A DNA stretch of 64,000 nt, from positions 1,248,001 to 1,312,000 of the forward strand of contig OZ244044.1 in the NCBI GenBank assembly GCA_965215275.1. Direction: 5' to 3'. Each line of letters opens with the position of its first letter. The stretch's first letter is position 1. This document shows, in pieces, positions 59,501 through 64,000 of the stretch. The DNA is from Thermodesulfobacteriota bacterium (lineage in GTDB: Bacteria; Desulfobacterota_D; UBA1144; Nemesobacterales; JAJCZQ01). A model generated the notes under the pieces. The model was given only the letters and a program-made list of their open reading frames with translations. It was not told the DNA's origin and ran no database searches. The translations under genes were made by a program, and so were the position numbers.

Positions 59501-60028
59501 TTATGGAGTTCCTCCAAAAGGATTCCACTTTTCAGTAAGTAGCAGCATACCTGGTATCAGCAGGGTGACAAAAGATTCAATTAAAAACAGATAAGCTACC
59601 GTGGTACTTAAACTCTTGCCTTGCGCAAACGTGAAAAAGCAAAGCAGGGTCAACAATGCCCAAGCCCAACAGAACAGTCCGAAATACAGACCAGCTGGAC
59701 CCATGGCATAGAAATGATAACCATACCAAAGGAACGCTATAGTGGCGAACAGGCAGTACCAACCGAGCCCTTTTGCGTCATGCCCATGAACAAAAATGGC
59801 ATACACCAATATATATATAAGAGCAAAAACACTCACTAACGCAGTAGCTGCCGTTAACCCCAGATCGTGAAGCTTCCATGCAGCTATAAGAATTAGTACA
59901 GCTACACCAAGGTTAAGAACCCCAACTTCCTTGGCACCCGTTTTACCTAGAAGGGTCATACCATTTGCAAAGAATACGAACCCGACTAGTAGTAAGACAT
60001 ATCCTAATAATCCTTCAACTGGAACCAT
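59501..60028 (-). CDS. AmiS/UreI-family urea/amide channel
   Basis: LLGYVLLLVGFVFFANG, KEVGVLN, KGLGWYCLF, about six TM segments; start uncertain. Confidence 0.8.
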   Translation of the reverse strand: MVPVEGLLGYVLLLVGFVFFANGMTLLGKTGAKEVGVLNLGVAVLILIAAWKLHDLGLTAATALVSVFALIYILVYAIFVHGHDAKGLGWYCLFATIAFLWYGYHFYAMGPAGLYFGLFCWAWALLTLLCFFTFAQGKSLSTTVAYLFLIESFVTLLIPGMLLLTEKWNPFGGTP

Positions 60029-60313
60029 GTCTCTCAATACCTCCTTTATTAATTTTAAAATATTTTACCATATAACACACCCCTTTACCATTATAATGGA
60101 TTAAATCATACTTACTTAGCTGATGTCAAGTAAATTTTAAGAGGATAAAGGGGAGCAAAAGGTCTTTTTAATACAAAAAATTCCCTAACAGACTGTAATA
60201 ATTGAAAAATAATCCTGAAATCAGGGATTTTGAACATATCGGAATATAAGTGACTTTGATTGAAAAAATCCATGAGCGTACGTATAAACTCTGCAAATAT
60301 TGATTTTGTTCAT

Positions 60314-60724
60314 TTACTGCTGATCGGATGGATCTTTGGCCCTTGCCCTTGCCAGCTTAAGTTTGTGGTTAACTTCCTTTAGTTTTTCCAGATCTTCTGA
60401 AAGTTCTTTAAGCCGGCTTTCGAGGAGTTCAAGTTCTTTTTTAGCCGCTTCCTTATCGATCGAATCCGGACGTTCAGCATCGTCCGTGAGTATTCTGACG
60501 CTGTCTTCGTGTACTTCGGATAAACCACCGTGAATTATTACCGACCTGGTCTCAGAGCCGGTTTTAAATTTTACGTGTCCGGGAGAAAGGGTTGAAATAA
60601 AAGGTACGTGGCCGGCAAGTACCCCGAACTCTCCAAGGGACCCAGGTATTATGACTTCTTTAACCTGCTCATCTATTACGAGCATGGATGGAGTTATTAC
60701 TTTAAGATTGATCAATTCAGCCAT
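60314..60724 (-). CDS. atpC: ATP synthase epsilon subunit
   Basis: LKVITP, GEFGVLAGHVP. Confidence 0.95.
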   Translation of the reverse strand: MAELINLKVITPSMLVIDEQVKEVIIPGSLGEFGVLAGHVPFISTLSPGHVKFKTGSETRSVIIHGGLSEVHEDSVRILTDDAERPDSIDKEAAKKELELLESRLKELSEDLEKLKEVNHKLKLARARAKDPSDQQ

Positions 60725-60729
60725 TTTCC

Positions 60730-63047
<2,318 letters not shown>

Positions 63048-64000
63048 TTACGATAGCTCACCCAGCTGTTGTGCCAGATCATCAAGTGCTGCTTTTATCT
63101 TTTCAGCAAGTTCATCAGAGATGGCTTTTTTATCTTTGATCTCGTCAAGTATATGGCTGTGTCCGGATTCAATATAGGACAACATCTCTTTTTCATATTT
63201 CTGCACGGCGGACACGTCGTATTTATCAACGTAGCCGTTGGTTACGGCAAAGATAGTAAGGATCTGTTTTTCAACGGGAAGTGGTTTATACTGTCCCTGC
63301 TTCAACGCTTCGACCAGACGGCTTCCTCTTGCCAGCTGTGCCTGCGTGGTTGCATCAAGGTCCGAGGCGAACTGTGAAAAAGCCTCGACCTCCCTGTACT
63401 GTGCAAGCTCCAGCCTTAAAGTACCCGCCACGCTTTTCATGGCCTTGACCTGAGCGGACCCTCCGACCCTGGACACTGACAGTCCAACGTTGATCGCCGG
63501 TCTGATACCGGAGTAGAACAGGTCGCTTTCGAGATATATCTGTCCGTCCGTGATCGATATGACGTTCGTTGGAATATAGGCTGAAACGTCCCCTGCCTGT
63601 GTTTCTATGATCGGAAGCGCGGTCAGGGAACCTCCGCCGTCCTCGTCCCTCATTTTGGCCGCGCGTTCAAGGAGCCTTGAATGAAGGTAGAACACGTCCC
63701 CGGGGTACGCCTCGCGTCCCGGCGGTCTTTTGAGCAGCAGGGAAAGCTGTCTGTACGCCCAGGCGTGCTTGGTCAGGTCATCGTAGATTATAAGTGCATG
63801 TTTTCCCGAGTCCCGGAAGTACTCTCCTAAAGCACAGCCTGAGAAGGGCGACAGGAACTGAAAGGGAGCAGGAGTGCTCGCCGTGGCCGACACGATGGTC
63901 GTGTATTCCATTGCGCCGTGTTCCTTCAGTTTATCAACGACCTGTGCAACTGTTGACTGTTTCTGTCCGATCGCCACGTAAATACAGTAAACGTCCTCGT
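63048..64000 (-). CDS. atpA: ATP synthase alpha subunit, C-terminal part (start outside the window)
   Basis: [38 protein letters not shown]. Confidence 0.98.
   Translation of the reverse strand, partial: EDVYCIYVAIGQKQSTVAQVVDKLKEHGAMEYTTIVSATASTPAPFQFLSPFSGCALGEYFRDSGKHALIIYDDLTKHAWAYRQLSLLLKRPPGREAYPGDVFYLHSRLLERAAKMRDEDGGGSLTALPIIETQAGDVSAYIPTNVISITDGQIYLESDLFYSGIRPAINVGLSVSRVGGSAQVKAMKSVAGTLRLELAQYREVEAFSQFASDLDATTQAQLARGSRLVEALKQGQYKPLPVEKQILTIFAVTNGYVDKYDVSAVQKYEKEMLSYIESGHSHILDEIKDKKAISDELAEKIKAALDDLAQQLGELS

Overview
Bacterial chromosomal window containing the replication origin (dnaA-oriC-dnaN) and mostly housekeeping genes: leuA, gspLMN, pheA-hisC-tyrA, msrB, a sirtuin, pyk, thiD, folD/folK, trkH, nrdJ, ruvX, ald and atpAGDC. 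Several AT-rich accessory islets are interspersed. The leading candidate for an undescribed system is an intact tnpB gene (22991-24214) that is the sole cargo of an element bounded by perfect 26-bp terminal inverted repeats. These resemble the TIRs and end promoter of a complete IS1595-family element in the same window (56051-59389, 8-bp TSD), which itself carries a restriction-modification pair whose methyltransferase is frameshifted at a G9 tract. Other notable items: a secreted subtilisin-like gene with a C9 frameshift in its signal peptide, flanked by TIR-like repeats; a duplicated 2.2-kb block carrying circularly permuted Cache-domain lipoproteins and an rplT pseudogene; and an exact 874-bp tandem triplication of gspN. 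All family assignments come from motif recognition only; no database searches were run.
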